From Deltaproteobacteria bacterium (GTDB lineage Bacteria > Myxococcota_A > Polyangia > Polyangiales > Houyiibacteriaceae), in the NCBI GenBank assembly GCA_034670305.1, contig JAXMNT010000003.1:192001-256000 (forward strand): DNA of 64,000 nucleotides, written 5' to 3'. Below the pieces are notes generated by a model. That model worked only from the letters and a program-made list of their open reading frames with translations, did not search any database and was not told the DNA's origin. Position numbers and translations under genes: made by a program. Every line of letters starts with the position of its first letter. Position 1 is the stretch's first letter. Shown here piece after piece: positions 41,891-52,519 of this stretch.

Positions 41891-43231
41891 ATGAACAGGC
41901 AATTCCTTAGAGCAGCTTCCGTCCTGAGCGCCATCCTGGCCCTCGGCGCCACCCAGTCGGTCGCCCACGCGGAGAGCGGCAAGCTCAACCTGCATCTGGA
42001 CGTTGGATTCGCGACCCCGTTCCTCGGCGAGCTCGGCCCGACCGAGACCACTGTGACGCTCGGCGGCGCGGGCTGGCTCTCGCTCGACTACCAGCTCAAG
42101 GCGCCCTTCTCGCTCGAGATCATTGGCGGCTTCGGCGGGTTCAACAACCCGCAGCCGCAGCACGCGATGGACCGCTCCTGGGCGGCCTACGGCACGGCCG
42201 CGGTGGGCGCGCGCTTCCGGTTCCTCGACAACCAAGAAGGCTACTTGAACGAGACCGAGGGAGACTTCCTGGGCAACGTCTGGATCAGCGCGCACCTTGG
42301 CTACCACTACTTCGACGACCACCAGTTCGGCATCGACGCCGCCATTGGGTACGAGTGGTCGCTGGTGCGTCCGATGCAGGTCGGCATCTTCTTGCGCGGG
42401 GCGGTGATGTTCGCGGGCGCGAACGAGGGCGCGGACGGAATCGTCGCGCTCGGCGTGAACTTCTCGTTCGAGCTCTTCGGCAACGTCGAAGGCGTCGACA
42501 CGGACGGCGACGGCCTGAGCGACGAACGCGAGGTCCAGCGCTTCGGCACCCAGCTGAACAACCCGGACACCGACGGCGACGGACTCAACGACGGCCTGGA
42601 AGTGCGCACGGGCACCGACCCGCTGTCGGCGGACACCGATGGAGACGGACTGAGCGACGGGGACGAAGACGCGAACGCGGACGGCAACGTCGCGGACGGC
42701 GAGAGCGATCCCCGCATGGAAGACACCGACGGTGGCGGCACGCCGGATGGGTTCGAAGTGCCCGATGGAACCGACCCGCGCGACGCGTCGGACGACGACA
42801 AGGACGGCGACGGAGTGCTCAACCACCTCGACCAATGCCGCGGCACCGCCGAAGGCACCGAAGTCGATGAGCGCGGGTGCGCGATCATCCGGGAGCGCAT
42901 GGTGCTGCCCGGCATCACCTTCGAGTTCGACAGCGCGGACATTCGACCCGAATCGGAGCGCACCTTGAGAATCGCCCTACAGATTCTCAGCGACAACCCG
43001 GACGCCCGCGTCGAAGTCGGCGGACACACGGACAACTCCGGCGCCCGCGGCCACAACCGGGATCTCTCGCGCCGGCGGGCGGATTCGGTCAAAGCGTGGC
43101 TCGTCGAGCACGGCGTGCAGGCGAGCCGCCTGCGGACCCGCGGCTACGGTCCCGACCAACCGGCGGCGTCGAACGACACCCCCGAAGGCCAAGCGCAGAA
43201 CCGCCGCATCGAGTTCACCCAGATCGACTAG
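41891..43231 (+). CDS. OmpA-family protein (beta-barrel, Ca-binding DTDGDG repeats, OmpA C-domain)
   Basis: Signal peptide; DTDGDGL repeats; FEFDSA, GHTD, LSRRRA, NRRIEF. Confidence 0.93.
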   Translation: MNRQFLRAASVLSAILALGATQSVAHAESGKLNLHLDVGFATPFLGELGPTETTVTLGGAGWLSLDYQLKAPFSLEIIGGFGGFNNPQPQHAMDRSWAAYGTAAVGARFRFLDNQEGYLNETEGDFLGNVWISAHLGYHYFDDHQFGIDAAIGYEWSLVRPMQVGIFLRGAVMFAGANEGADGIVALGVNFSFELFGNVEGVDTDGDGLSDEREVQRFGTQLNNPDTDGDGLNDGLEVRTGTDPLSADTDGDGLSDGDEDANADGNVADGESDPRMEDTDGGGTPDGFEVPDGTDPRDASDDDKDGDGVLNHLDQCRGTAEGTEVDERGCAIIRERMVLPGITFEFDSADIRPESERTLRIALQILSDNPDARVEVGGHTDNSGARGHNRDLSRRRADSVKAWLVEHGVQASRLRTRGYGPDQPAASNDTPEGQAQNRRIEFTQID

Positions 43232-43273
43232 CAGGCTGCTGAAGAACGCCCGCAGGGCGTTCTCGCAGCCTGC
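43232..43273. terminator. Long hairpin after the OmpA gene (terminator or REP-like)
   Basis: GCAGGCTGC..AGAACGCCC / GGGCGTTCT..GCAGCCTGC. Confidence 0.55.
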
Positions 43274-43311
43274 CCCTTGCCCCTGCCCTTGCCTTTGCCC
43301 TTGCCCGCGGA

Positions 43312-43575
43312 TCAGCGGTCAGATCGCTTGATCAGCGCGACGAGCATCGCGACGACCTGCTCGAGGTGGGCGAGAGCCCGTTCGATATTTCTTGGGGGCA
43401 CAGCCCCCAAACCCCGTCCCGGTGACACCGCTGGCTCGCTTCGCGAGGCTGCACGCTGTCGAATATCGGGCCTCGATGCCTCGGCCCGACGGTCCGTGAT
43501 TTCGAGCCAGGAGACGACCTCGATCGCGGAGCGCCGGGCCATCCGATAGAAGCGGGCCTTCTTTGGGACCCCTGC
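43312..43575 (-). pseudogene. Four-helix-bundle protein, C-terminal remnant with insertion
   Basis: KARFYRMARRSAIEV..WLEI and LEQVVAMLVAL; followed by GGGCAA hexamers. Confidence 0.7.
43390..43462. repeat. Miniature hairpin insertion, copy B
   Basis: Near-identical to 23305-23376. Confidence 0.85.
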
Positions 43576-43921
43576 TCCACCGCGCACACCTTCGACGGGT
43601 GGAAGTCGACGCCCAAGCGTTCTTCCGACGATTCCGCCCCGAGGATGCCAAGCGCCGGCACATGGTTGCTCCGCGTTGGGTGGAGAAAACGCGGGAGGAT
43701 CCCCATCGACGACATTGGCTACACCAAGACGTCAGGGGATCGACCCCGCAACGGGTGCCGGTTGCCCGTCAACGGTGCTCGCCCAGTGTTGTGAACCGAT
43801 GGCTGCGCGCGCCAGCACTCCCTCGGCAACAGTGCCCGTCCTGAGGCTGTTCGAAACGGCTGCTGGCCGGCGCAGCCCCTGGAGCCGGGCGCCGCCGCGC
43901 TCGCCCTGGCTAGCCCCCGCG

Positions 43922-46387
43922 TCAGAGGCCGCCGACGTCTACTTGGTAGCTGCCGAAGGAGCTGCTGAAGTAGCCGTCGACGTGCAGGACGTAGAGGCCG
44001 ACCGAGTTGACGGCCGCGCTCACGCTGGACTGCACGCTGCAGCTGTCGTCGTCGCAGGCGATCTGGCCTGAGGCGCCGTGGACGTGCAGCACCGTGTCGA
44101 AGCTCGTGCCGGTGCAGGTGGTTGCGGTGACGTTGCCGGTCACGCCCGAGCAGCGCCCGAAGTAGTAGCCGTTCTCTGGCCCGCTGCCGTTGCACGTGCT
44201 CGACAGCGTGCCGGTGCCGCTGGTGGTGCCGGTGTAGCTGCCGTTCGTCGAGATCATCGTGTACGTGCCGTTGCCGATCGGGACCGACTGCCAGCGGAGC
44301 TGGATGGCCCCGTTGGTCGTGGCCGACGAGAAGGCGTGCACGGCGATGTAGTAGGTCCCCGGCGCGAGCACCCGCATCAACCGCTCCTGGGTCACGCCGC
44401 AGTCGTCGTCCTCGCACTGGGCCGCCGCGCCGCCACAGGAGGTGCGAAGCGAGATCGAGGTGTCGAACGTGGATCCAAAGGTGTCGACATAGAGCACCGA
44501 GCGGGTCGACAGCGTGATCCGGTACCAGAGCTCCCCGCCGTTGCGGCAGTCCGTGACCGAACGGGACGCGTTCGCGTAGGTGTCGCTCATCGTGCCGCTC
44601 GTCCCAGACAGAACGGTCGCGCCGGTGCACTGGTCGTTCGGGGCGCCACAGCCTTCGTCGACCATGCCGTTGCCGTTGTCGTCGCAGCCGTTGCCGCACG
44701 TCTCGGTGGCCGCCGCACAGCTGTTGAACGAATCACAGCCGGCCTGGCATGTCTGGCTCCCACTCGTGCCGCACGAGGTCGTGCAGCTCCGGATCGCGCC
44801 GAGCCGACAGGTGAACCCATCGTCCGCGGTTCCGTCGCCGTCGTCGTCGCAGCCGTTGCAGACCTCGGTCGCGATGCACGCGCCGTAGCCGCCGCAGTCG
44901 AGTCCGCAGGTCTGCGTGCCCGAGGTGCCGCACGCGGTGGTGCACGACCGGGTGGTGCCGCGTTCACAGGCGAACCCTTCGTCTCGGAGTCCGTCGCCGT
45001 CGTCGTCGCAGCCGTTGCAGGTCTCGGTCGCGGCCACACACGCGCCAAAGCCGCTGCAGTCCGCCGCACAGCTCTGGTTGCCGCTCGTGCCGCACATCGT
45101 GGTGCAGCTGGCCGAGGTTCCGAACACACAGCCGAGGCCATCGTCGGCCACTCCGTCGCCGTCGTCGTCGCAGCCGTTGCAGGTCTCGGTCGCGGCCACA
45201 CAAGGCGTGCGCGTACAGCCCGCGGTGCAGCCCTGCATGCCGCCGGTGCCGCAGCCGGTCGTACACGCGACCGGCGCGGAGCCCACGGCGCAGACCATGC
45301 CCGGGCCGTCGTCGCTCGTGCCGCTGCAGTCGTTGTCGAGCCCGTCGCACAGCTCGGTGCCGGCCGGGTTCACGCTCGGGTTCAGGTCGTCGCAGTCGTT
45401 GCCGCCGTCGCAGCCGACCGCGGTGTAGCCGTCGCCGTCGGCGTCGCTCCCGAGGTGCTCACACATCGCGGAGGGCTCGAGGCACCGGTCGGTGGTGCAG
45501 GAGATGCCATCGCCGCAGTCCACCGGCGTACCGGCCACACAGCCGGCGATCGCGTCGCAGGTCTCGTCGCCATCGCACACGGTCGCGTCTCGGCAGAGCG
45601 AGTCGTCGGGTCCGTGCGCGCACGCGTCCGCGCCGGCGTCGCACGAGTCCACGGTGCAGGCCACCCCGTCGTCGCAGTCGGGCGCCGCGCCCGCGATGCA
45701 GTCCATCGTGGGGTCGCAGACTTCGTCGCCGTTGCAGAACGTGCCGTCGGCGCAGACGCTCGCATCCGGGGTGTGTTCGCAACCGCCCGCACCCTCGGAG
45801 CACGTGTCGATCGTGCACGACACTCCGTCGTCGCAGTCGGGCGGGTCGCTCGCGGCGCAACCGTTCGCGTCCGCGGCCGGGTCGTCCGGCGCGCACACCT
45901 CGGCGCCGTTGCAAAGGATGCCGTCGTCGCAGGGTGCGTCTTCGGGTTCGTGGGTGCACTCGCCGAGTTCGGTCGAACACGCGTCCAGCGTGCAGCCGAG
46001 TCCGTCGTCGCAGGCGGGCGCTTCGCCGCGTTGGCAGCCGGTCGATGGGTCGCAGGTCTCGACGCCGTTGCAGAAATCGCCGTCGTCGCAGGACTCGTCG
46101 GAATCACACGGCGGCCGCAGCACGCACCCCATCGCGGCGTCGCACAGCTCGGTCTCCGCACAGAGGCGGTCGTCGATGGCGTTGCTGCAACGTCCCGTGA
46201 CCAGGTCGCACACGTCTTCGGTGCAATCGATGGCGTCCGCGCACTCGATGTCGGTGGTGCATCCCATGGGAGGCGCATCCACGACGGCGCCGTCCCCGCC
46301 GGTCCCGCCGTCCGCCTCCTCCATCTTGCCGGAGGCACACGCCACGAGGACACAACAAGCCAACCCAACCCCACGAATACGCAACAT
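43922..46387 (-). CDS. Cys-rich lipoprotein with putative metal-binding repeats and PPC-like domains
   Basis: Lipobox LVAC; CDDG..CT.D.C repeats; ETCNGCDDDGDG repeats; FDT...CDDD...YVLHVDG. Confidence 0.85.
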   Translation of the reverse strand: MLRIRGVGLACCVLVACASGKMEEADGGTGGDGAVVDAPPMGCTTDIECADAIDCTEDVCDLVTGRCSNAIDDRLCAETELCDAAMGCVLRPPCDSDESCDDGDFCNGVETCDPSTGCQRGEAPACDDGLGCTLDACSTELGECTHEPEDAPCDDGILCNGAEVCAPDDPAADANGCAASDPPDCDDGVSCTIDTCSEGAGGCEHTPDASVCADGTFCNGDEVCDPTMDCIAGAAPDCDDGVACTVDSCDAGADACAHGPDDSLCRDATVCDGDETCDAIAGCVAGTPVDCGDGISCTTDRCLEPSAMCEHLGSDADGDGYTAVGCDGGNDCDDLNPSVNPAGTELCDGLDNDCSGTSDDGPGMVCAVGSAPVACTTGCGTGGMQGCTAGCTRTPCVAATETCNGCDDDGDGVADDGLGCVFGTSASCTTMCGTSGNQSCAADCSGFGACVAATETCNGCDDDGDGLRDEGFACERGTTRSCTTACGTSGTQTCGLDCGGYGACIATEVCNGCDDDGDGTADDGFTCRLGAIRSCTTSCGTSGSQTCQAGCDSFNSCAAATETCGNGCDDNGNGMVDEGCGAPNDQCTGATVLSGTSGTMSDTYANASRSVTDCRNGGELWYRITLSTRSVLYVDTFGSTFDTSISLRTSCGGAAAQCEDDDCGVTQERLMRVLAPGTYYIAVHAFSSATTNGAIQLRWQSVPIGNGTYTMISTNGSYTGTTSGTGTLSSTCNGSGPENGYYFGRCSGVTGNVTATTCTGTSFDTVLHVHGASGQIACDDDSCSVQSSVSAAVNSVGLYVLHVDGYFSSSFGSYQVDVGGL

Positions 46388-46485
46388 ATCCGGCCAGGAT
46401 ACAATTTCCCGCGGGTTCGCGCCCCCTCCCGGCCGGTCTTTCCTTGGCCATCGGATGAGTGAGCGGCAATCGCCCGAACGCCCGT

Positions 46486-48210
46486 TCAGTCGGCGGGGCG
46501 CGGAACCGGCTGCATGGCGTCGAACCCAAAGGCCCGGATGTGGTTCACGTGCTGTCCCCGACAGGTGGTCTCGTAGCGGCAGTCCGAACAGCGCAGGCTC
46601 TTCACGAAGTAGTGCTCGTCGACGTAGCGGCGGATGTAGCGGAACGGCTCGAGGGTGCCGTCGGGCGTGGTCATCGCGGTGTCGTGGGTGGAGGGCTTCG
46701 GGCGTGGCTCCCGCCCGAGCACACAGGCAGGCACCCCTTCCACCGGCGTGTCCGCGAACGGGTGCTCGGTGAAGAACGCGACCAGATCGAGGTCGTTGCT
46801 GCGCGCTTCGGTGAGCCGCTCCCAGGTGGGCTGAAAGAGCGCCAGCCGCGCTGGCACCGTCTCGAGCCGGCGGAGCCAGTCCTCGTTGTCTCTCGAGAGC
46901 TGCAGACAGACCTCGAAGGTGCCGAACCCGAGTAGCGTCTCGGCGTCTTCGAAGCCGCGCACCCGGCAGGCGGTCAGCGTCTCGAGCGAACCCGCCTCGA
47001 GCGCCGCTTCGACCCCGCTCCAATCGTCGAGTTCGAGCACCAGCTCGGGAAGATCGAAGGGCTCGACGGCGGCGAGCGCAGCGGACAAATCGGGCGCGAC
47101 CACGTGAAGCACTCGGCTGCCGCGTGCGGCGACCCCCGTGGGCGGTGCGTACTGGAGCGCGACCATCGGCAGGCGCTTCTTGCGGCGCCCGTCACTCGCC
47201 GGGTCGCCACCGAACTGCGGCCCCATCGCGGCTTCGGCGCGCGTGTCGATGCGGATGACCTCCGGCGTGTCTTCGAGCATCGCGCGCTGGCTCTCTTCGA
47301 ACGTGTCGCAGACGTTCTTCAAGTAGCAGTAGCCGCAACGGCGCGGCTCGCGGCAGTCCAGCGGCTCGCCGGTCTTGACCCAGTGCTCGAACTCCTGGCG
47401 GCGTCCGCGCACTTCGTCGTGAAGCTTGTAGGGATCCTGGATGAGCTCGTGAAACCCCTCGCAGTGCGCGACGGGGAACCGGTTGAGCCAGATGTGCATG
47501 TTGGGCTTCTTGGCCCAGCGGAACGCAGCGACCAGGTGCTCGCGGTTCTTCTCGAGGTCGTAGAAGAGGACCTCCTTGCCGTCCTTCCACGCGTTGCCGA
47601 ATGGAATCACGTGGAGGAGATCGAACTCGCGCACGCCGAGGCCGACGAACTTCTCGATCATCGCGTCGAGGTGCTTCACGTTGCCGCGGTTCACGCACAC
47701 ATCGATGTTGATGATCGGGCGCCCGTCTTCGAGCGCGTTCATCAGGCCGGTCATCTCTTCGTCGAACGCGCCTTTCACGCCGACGAGCGCGTCGTGCACT
47801 TTCGCGTTCGGCCCGTGGATCGAGAACGTGATCTCTTGCAGACCCGCGTCGAGACACGCCTTCAGGAACTCCGGGTACTTGAACATGCGACCGTTGGTGA
47901 CGGTCTGGACCTTTTCGTAGCCGGCCAGCCGGCCGAGCTTGATGAAGTCCACGTAGCGCGGATGAATGGTGGGTTCGCCGCCCGACAGGATCAGGCGCTG
48001 GGCGCCCTTGCGCCGGCCATCGAGGATCTGCTGCTTGACCTCTTCGGGCTCGCGCATGCGTCCGTCGTGCGCGTCGGTGTCGAGGCAGAAGATGCAGTGA
48101 TCGTTGCAATCAAACGTGAGGCGGACCCAGTTCCGTTTCTGGTGGGCCGCCTCTTCATGCTGTTCGACGAAGCTTCCTCCGTCCGTCAGCGCACGCTGCT
48201 CTTCGAGCAC
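46486..48210 (-). CDS. Radical SAM protein, HxsC-like, with second degenerate Cys module
   Basis: CNDHCIFC, SGGEPT, TNG, FSIHG; Cys motifs CGYCYLKNVC and CSDCRYETTC. Confidence 0.9.
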   Translation of the reverse strand: MLEEQRALTDGGSFVEQHEEAAHQKRNWVRLTFDCNDHCIFCLDTDAHDGRMREPEEVKQQILDGRRKGAQRLILSGGEPTIHPRYVDFIKLGRLAGYEKVQTVTNGRMFKYPEFLKACLDAGLQEITFSIHGPNAKVHDALVGVKGAFDEEMTGLMNALEDGRPIINIDVCVNRGNVKHLDAMIEKFVGLGVREFDLLHVIPFGNAWKDGKEVLFYDLEKNREHLVAAFRWAKKPNMHIWLNRFPVAHCEGFHELIQDPYKLHDEVRGRRQEFEHWVKTGEPLDCREPRRCGYCYLKNVCDTFEESQRAMLEDTPEVIRIDTRAEAAMGPQFGGDPASDGRRKKRLPMVALQYAPPTGVAARGSRVLHVVAPDLSAALAAVEPFDLPELVLELDDWSGVEAALEAGSLETLTACRVRGFEDAETLLGFGTFEVCLQLSRDNEDWLRRLETVPARLALFQPTWERLTEARSNDLDLVAFFTEHPFADTPVEGVPACVLGREPRPKPSTHDTAMTTPDGTLEPFRYIRRYVDEHYFVKSLRCSDCRYETTCRGQHVNHIRAFGFDAMQPVPRPAD

Positions 48211-48287
48211 GGGCGCACTGTACTCGATCCCCGCCCAGACACCCGAGAGTTGTTGACGGCCGGTTCTGTGGATGGCCCGATCCCGCC

Positions 48288-49124
48288 ATGGGAATCGTCC
48301 CCAACCCGGATGGCCACCCGGCCCGTCCAGCGCTCTTCGCGCTCGCATTGTGCGTGTTCGGCGGCTTGGGGACGGCCCACGCCCACGCACAGCCCCAGAC
48401 CCCAGGCCGGTACACCCTCCGGCCCATCACGGTGGGAGAGGGCGCGGTTCGGTTCAACGGCCAGTTCTCCGTGACCCGATTCGAAACACTCCCCGGCGAG
48501 TACGACATCCGCGTGCACAGCGCGTTGGGGGTGGCCTACGGCATCGACGACGACTTCGAGGTCGGCGCGAGTTCTCAGCCGATCATGGCCTTCGGCGGTG
48601 GCGACCTGGTGGGGGTCGAGCTCTCGCCCGATCCAGACATCTCCAACACTTACCTCTATGGCCGGTATCGGTTTCTCCACCAAGAAGCGATCGAGATGGC
48701 GGGAGAGGTCGGGATCTCGGTTCCTTGGCGCGGGGTGTTCGGGTTCGTCCTGGGTCTGCCAATTCGGCTCCGGGGCGGCCAGTGGTTCGCCCTGGACACG
48801 GGCGCGGCATTCACAGTGCGGTTCGGGGATCCCACCACACCAGGCGCCATCTTTCCCTTCCGCCCGAGGGTGAGTGCCGGGAACTTCTACTTTGGCCTCG
48901 ACACCGGCGTGTACATGGACGAACTCCGAGTCGACCACATGATCATCCCGTTGGAAGCGGAGCTCGGCGTCGCGTTCCCAAACCGCACCATCGTCTGGGA
49001 CCTGTACGTTCATGGCGGATTGCCGCTGTTTCTCAGACCCAGCCGGCCCACGCCGATCGAGGAGCAAGTCTTCCTCATCTACTTCGGCTTTCGCCTCTAC
49101 GTAGACACGCGAAGCACGCGCTGA
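48288..49124 (+). CDS. Outer-membrane beta-barrel-like protein
   Basis: Signal peptide AHA; amphipathic strands; C-terminal YFGFRLY. Confidence 0.65.
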   Translation: MGIVPNPDGHPARPALFALALCVFGGLGTAHAHAQPQTPGRYTLRPITVGEGAVRFNGQFSVTRFETLPGEYDIRVHSALGVAYGIDDDFEVGASSQPIMAFGGGDLVGVELSPDPDISNTYLYGRYRFLHQEAIEMAGEVGISVPWRGVFGFVLGLPIRLRGGQWFALDTGAAFTVRFGDPTTPGAIFPFRPRVSAGNFYFGLDTGVYMDELRVDHMIIPLEAELGVAFPNRTIVWDLYVHGGLPLFLRPSRPTPIEEQVFLIYFGFRLYVDTRSTR

Positions 49125-49171
49125 CCAAGACGGGGCAGCGGCGAACCGCCTGGGGCGGTATGCTGCGCGCG

Positions 49172-51499
49172 ATGCCTACGACCCCGCCCCAACCGACGAC
49201 CCGCGTGCTCGTCGTTCATCCGCCGATGTCGGTGGCGCGGGACTTCATCGACTACCCGTACGTGAGCAACCTCGGCGCCGCGCAAGTCGCCGCGGCGTTG
49301 GCTTCGAAACCCACCCTCGATGTCCAGTACGTCGATTCGTTTGCCCTGCCGGGTTCCACCTTCGCCTGGTTCGACGACACGAGTCCTGCGTTGGCCGGGC
49401 GCGCCTTCGCCGGCGCCACCAACGACGAGGTGCTCGCTCGGTGCCGGCCCGCGGACGTCGCGGTCGTGGCGCTCACGCCCTTCCATCGGCCCGGCGTGGT
49501 CGACGCCAACCTGCGCGACCTGATCGAGGGTCTCCCAGCCGACCGCGTGATCCTCGTCGACGCCTACCAGTCCGGTCAGCACCACGTCGACGCCGATACG
49601 GTCCTCACCGACTACCCGGCGGCGCACGCCTGGCTCCGGTACGAAGCCGAGCGCGATCTCGAAGCGTTGATCGTCGGCGGAGAAGCCGGCGTGCACTTCG
49701 GCGGCCGCCCGGACATCGACGCCCTGCCCTTTCCGGCGTGGGATCAGATCGACCTCGAGGCCTACTGGCGCTTTCAGTCGCGCTTCGTGCATGGGCTCGG
49801 CCGTGGCAGCTGGGCGTTCCCCATCGGCCGCAGGACGTTGCCGATGGTCACCTCGCGTGGCTGTCCGTTCACCTGCACCCACTGCAGCAGCAACCCGGAC
49901 GTCGCCTCGGGCGGCGGACCAAAGATCCAGCGCCGCCTCTCGGAAGCGCGGCTGCGTGCGCACCTGCAGTACCTGGCGGGGCTCGGCGCCGACACCGTCT
50001 ATGTGCTCGACGAACTCATCAACGTTCGGCGCGATCACTTCGACGTGTTCCTCGATGAGATCGAGAAGCTCGACCTGAAGTTCGAGGTCCCGAACGGGTT
50101 CCGCGCGGACTACCTCGAGCCGCGTCACTTCGCGCGCATGCGCGGCCGCGTGACCACCGTCAGCGTGAGCGCCGAGAGCGGCAGCCAGCGGGTGCTCGAC
50201 GAGGTCGTGAAGAAGAAACTCGAGCTCTCGGCCATCACCCGCGCCGCCGCCAACGCCGAGAAGGCCGGGCTGCCGCTCCTCATCCACTACATGATCGGGC
50301 TGCCCGGCGAGACCGCGGCCGAGGTCAACGAGACCTTGGCGTTCGCGCTTCATCTCTGGGACGAACACCGCGCGTGGCCGGCCGTGCAGTTCGCGACGCC
50401 CCTGCCGGGCACCGAGATCGCGCGGCAGCTGACCGCGAGCGCCGGTTCGCTTCCAGTCGTCGACGACTGGGGCCCGCGCTTTCAGGGCGGCCCATCGGCG
50501 AGCCCGGACACCGTGGACGCGGCCACCCTCGAGCAGTTCATGGCGACCTTCCGGCACCGGCTGCGCGAGAGCCAGGGCCCGAAGAAGCTGATCATGAACG
50601 TGACGTACGTGTGCAACAACCACTGCACGTTCTGTGCGGTCGGCACCCGCACCCAGGTCGATGGACACCCGACGCGGCAACGCGAGATCCTCGACACCTA
50701 CCGCAAACACGGCATCACCCTGGTCGACTTCGACGGGGGGGAACCCACCCTCAACCCGGAGCTCATCCCGCTGATCCGCTACGCGCGCCGGATCGGATTC
50801 GAGCGCATCAACGTGACCACGAACGGCCGACTGTGCGCGTACGAGGACTTCGCGAAGAAACTCGTCGAGAGCGGCCTGACGACCTTGCTCTTCAGCGTGC
50901 ACGGTCCGGACCTTCGGTCGCACGCCCGCGAGGTCGGAGTGGCGGAAGCGTTCGGCCAGACCATGAGCGGGATCGATCACTGCGTCGCGCACAGGCCGGA
51001 CAACGTCGAGCTCGGCATGAACGTCACGCTGACCAAGACCAACTACATGCGGCTCGAGGACCTGGCGCAGCTGGCGTTCGACCGCGGGCTGCCATGGCTC
51101 AACATCCAGTTCCTCACGCCGTTCGGTCGCGCAACGACCGAGGTCGCGCCGGACACCGAACATGCGGCGGAGATCACCCGCGGCGTCATCGACCGCTGGA
51201 AAGACCGCATCAAGATCCAGGTCATCAACCTCCCCTGGTGTTTCATGCCCGGCTACGAGTCCTACCTCGCCGGCGACGCGGCCAAACTCGCGCGGCACAT
51301 GGTCTTCGTGAACAACGAGCGGGTGAACCTCGCCGAGTACCTGGCGGCGCGCCGCGTGCGGAAACCCGTGTGCGAGACCTGTCCGCACGCGTGTTTCTGC
51401 GGAGGCTTCTACGAGCTCGAGGACGTGCCGGAGCCGGAGTGGCTCGTGTCGGCCGAGTCGCTTCTCAAACGCACCGATCCCGACGTACGTCTCCGCTGA
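49172..51499 (+). CDS. B12-binding-type radical SAM fused to a second HxsC-like radical SAM
   Basis: SRGCPFTCTHC, AESGSQRVL, MIGLPGET, TPLPGT; then CNNHCTFC, GGEPT, TNG, LPWC, CETCPHACFC. Confidence 0.92.
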   Translation: MPTTPPQPTTRVLVVHPPMSVARDFIDYPYVSNLGAAQVAAALASKPTLDVQYVDSFALPGSTFAWFDDTSPALAGRAFAGATNDEVLARCRPADVAVVALTPFHRPGVVDANLRDLIEGLPADRVILVDAYQSGQHHVDADTVLTDYPAAHAWLRYEAERDLEALIVGGEAGVHFGGRPDIDALPFPAWDQIDLEAYWRFQSRFVHGLGRGSWAFPIGRRTLPMVTSRGCPFTCTHCSSNPDVASGGGPKIQRRLSEARLRAHLQYLAGLGADTVYVLDELINVRRDHFDVFLDEIEKLDLKFEVPNGFRADYLEPRHFARMRGRVTTVSVSAESGSQRVLDEVVKKKLELSAITRAAANAEKAGLPLLIHYMIGLPGETAAEVNETLAFALHLWDEHRAWPAVQFATPLPGTEIARQLTASAGSLPVVDDWGPRFQGGPSASPDTVDAATLEQFMATFRHRLRESQGPKKLIMNVTYVCNNHCTFCAVGTRTQVDGHPTRQREILDTYRKHGITLVDFDGGEPTLNPELIPLIRYARRIGFERINVTTNGRLCAYEDFAKKLVESGLTTLLFSVHGPDLRSHAREVGVAEAFGQTMSGIDHCVAHRPDNVELGMNVTLTKTNYMRLEDLAQLAFDRGLPWLNIQFLTPFGRATTEVAPDTEHAAEITRGVIDRWKDRIKIQVINLPWCFMPGYESYLAGDAAKLARHMVFVNNERVNLAEYLAARRVRKPVCETCPHACFCGGFYELEDVPEPEWLVSAESLLKRTDPDVRLR

Positions 51500-51508
51500 G
51501 ATGCTGAG

Positions 51509-52471
51509 ATGACCGCGTCGACACGGCCCGGAGCCGACGCCTCCGACCTCGCGTTGCTCGACGTCGTGCTCGACTACGACTGCAACCTCGGGTGCCGCTA
51601 CTGCACGTTGACCGCCGAGATGCGTCGGCGCGGGCTCCGGACCGACACGGTGCGGCGGGCGATGCGGGCCGCCCGGCGCGATGGGTTTCAGGCCATCTCC
51701 TTCACCGGGGGCGAGCCCACCATCCGCCCCGATCTGCTGCCCCTGATCCGCGAAGCGCGCGCGCTCGGATACACATCGATCAAAGTGCAGACGAACGGAC
51801 TGGTGTTCGCGGAACGGAAGAACCTCGAGCGGCTGCTCGCCGCGGGCACCACCGAGATCCACCTCTCGATCCACACCCACCTCGCCGAGGCCTACGACGA
51901 TCTGGTCCGGCGCGAGGGTGCCTACGAGCGGATGAAGCAGGCCGCGGCCAACCTCGCGGGCGTGTCGGATCGGGCGACGGTGTTCTCGGATCTGGTCGTG
52001 CTCCGCAGCACGCTGCCAGTGCTCGCCGACGCGGTGGACTGGTGCGCGGACCTCGGCTTCACCGCCGGACACCTCTGGTACTACTCGGCGACCGACGAAC
52101 AGGCCGGGCGGACCGACCAGATGCCGAGCTTCGAAGAGGCGATGCCGTCGATCCTCGCAGCGCTGGAACGGGCGGAGGACCGCGGCTTCGATCTTCGGTC
52201 GCTGCACATCCCCCATTGCCTGCTGGGTCGCTTCGCCGACCAGGGCACGGACCCCACCGCGCGCACGGTTCGGGTCGCCACACCGGACGCGGTGTTCGAC
52301 CTCGCCGACAGTCCGCTCACCCCCAACGCGCGCATCCCCGCGTGCGTCGACTGTCCCCGCGCGACACGCTGCCGCGGCGTGCGGCGCGACTACCTCGCAC
52401 AGTACGGCGACGCGGAGATGGCCCACGCGCGCGGCCAAGCGCGTACCCTCTTGCCGGTGGTGCCCGGCTGA
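51509..52471 (+). CDS. Radical SAM protein, HxsC-like
   Basis: CNLGCRYC, TGGEPT, QTNG, IPHC, CVDCPRATRC. Confidence 0.9.
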   Translation: MTASTRPGADASDLALLDVVLDYDCNLGCRYCTLTAEMRRRGLRTDTVRRAMRAARRDGFQAISFTGGEPTIRPDLLPLIREARALGYTSIKVQTNGLVFAERKNLERLLAAGTTEIHLSIHTHLAEAYDDLVRREGAYERMKQAAANLAGVSDRATVFSDLVVLRSTLPVLADAVDWCADLGFTAGHLWYYSATDEQAGRTDQMPSFEEAMPSILAALERAEDRGFDLRSLHIPHCLLGRFADQGTDPTARTVRVATPDAVFDLADSPLTPNARIPACVDCPRATRCRGVRRDYLAQYGDAEMAHARGQARTLLPVVPG

Positions 52472-52519
52472 GCCGCCTCGTCCGCCACCAGGACCCCAAC
52501 CCCAGAGGAGATCTGATCC

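Noticed and set aside
39281-42835. 1184-aa ORF as a single gene
   Set aside because: The upstream part is antisense to the OmpA gene and out of frame with the sigma gene; the real start is most likely the ATG at 41041.
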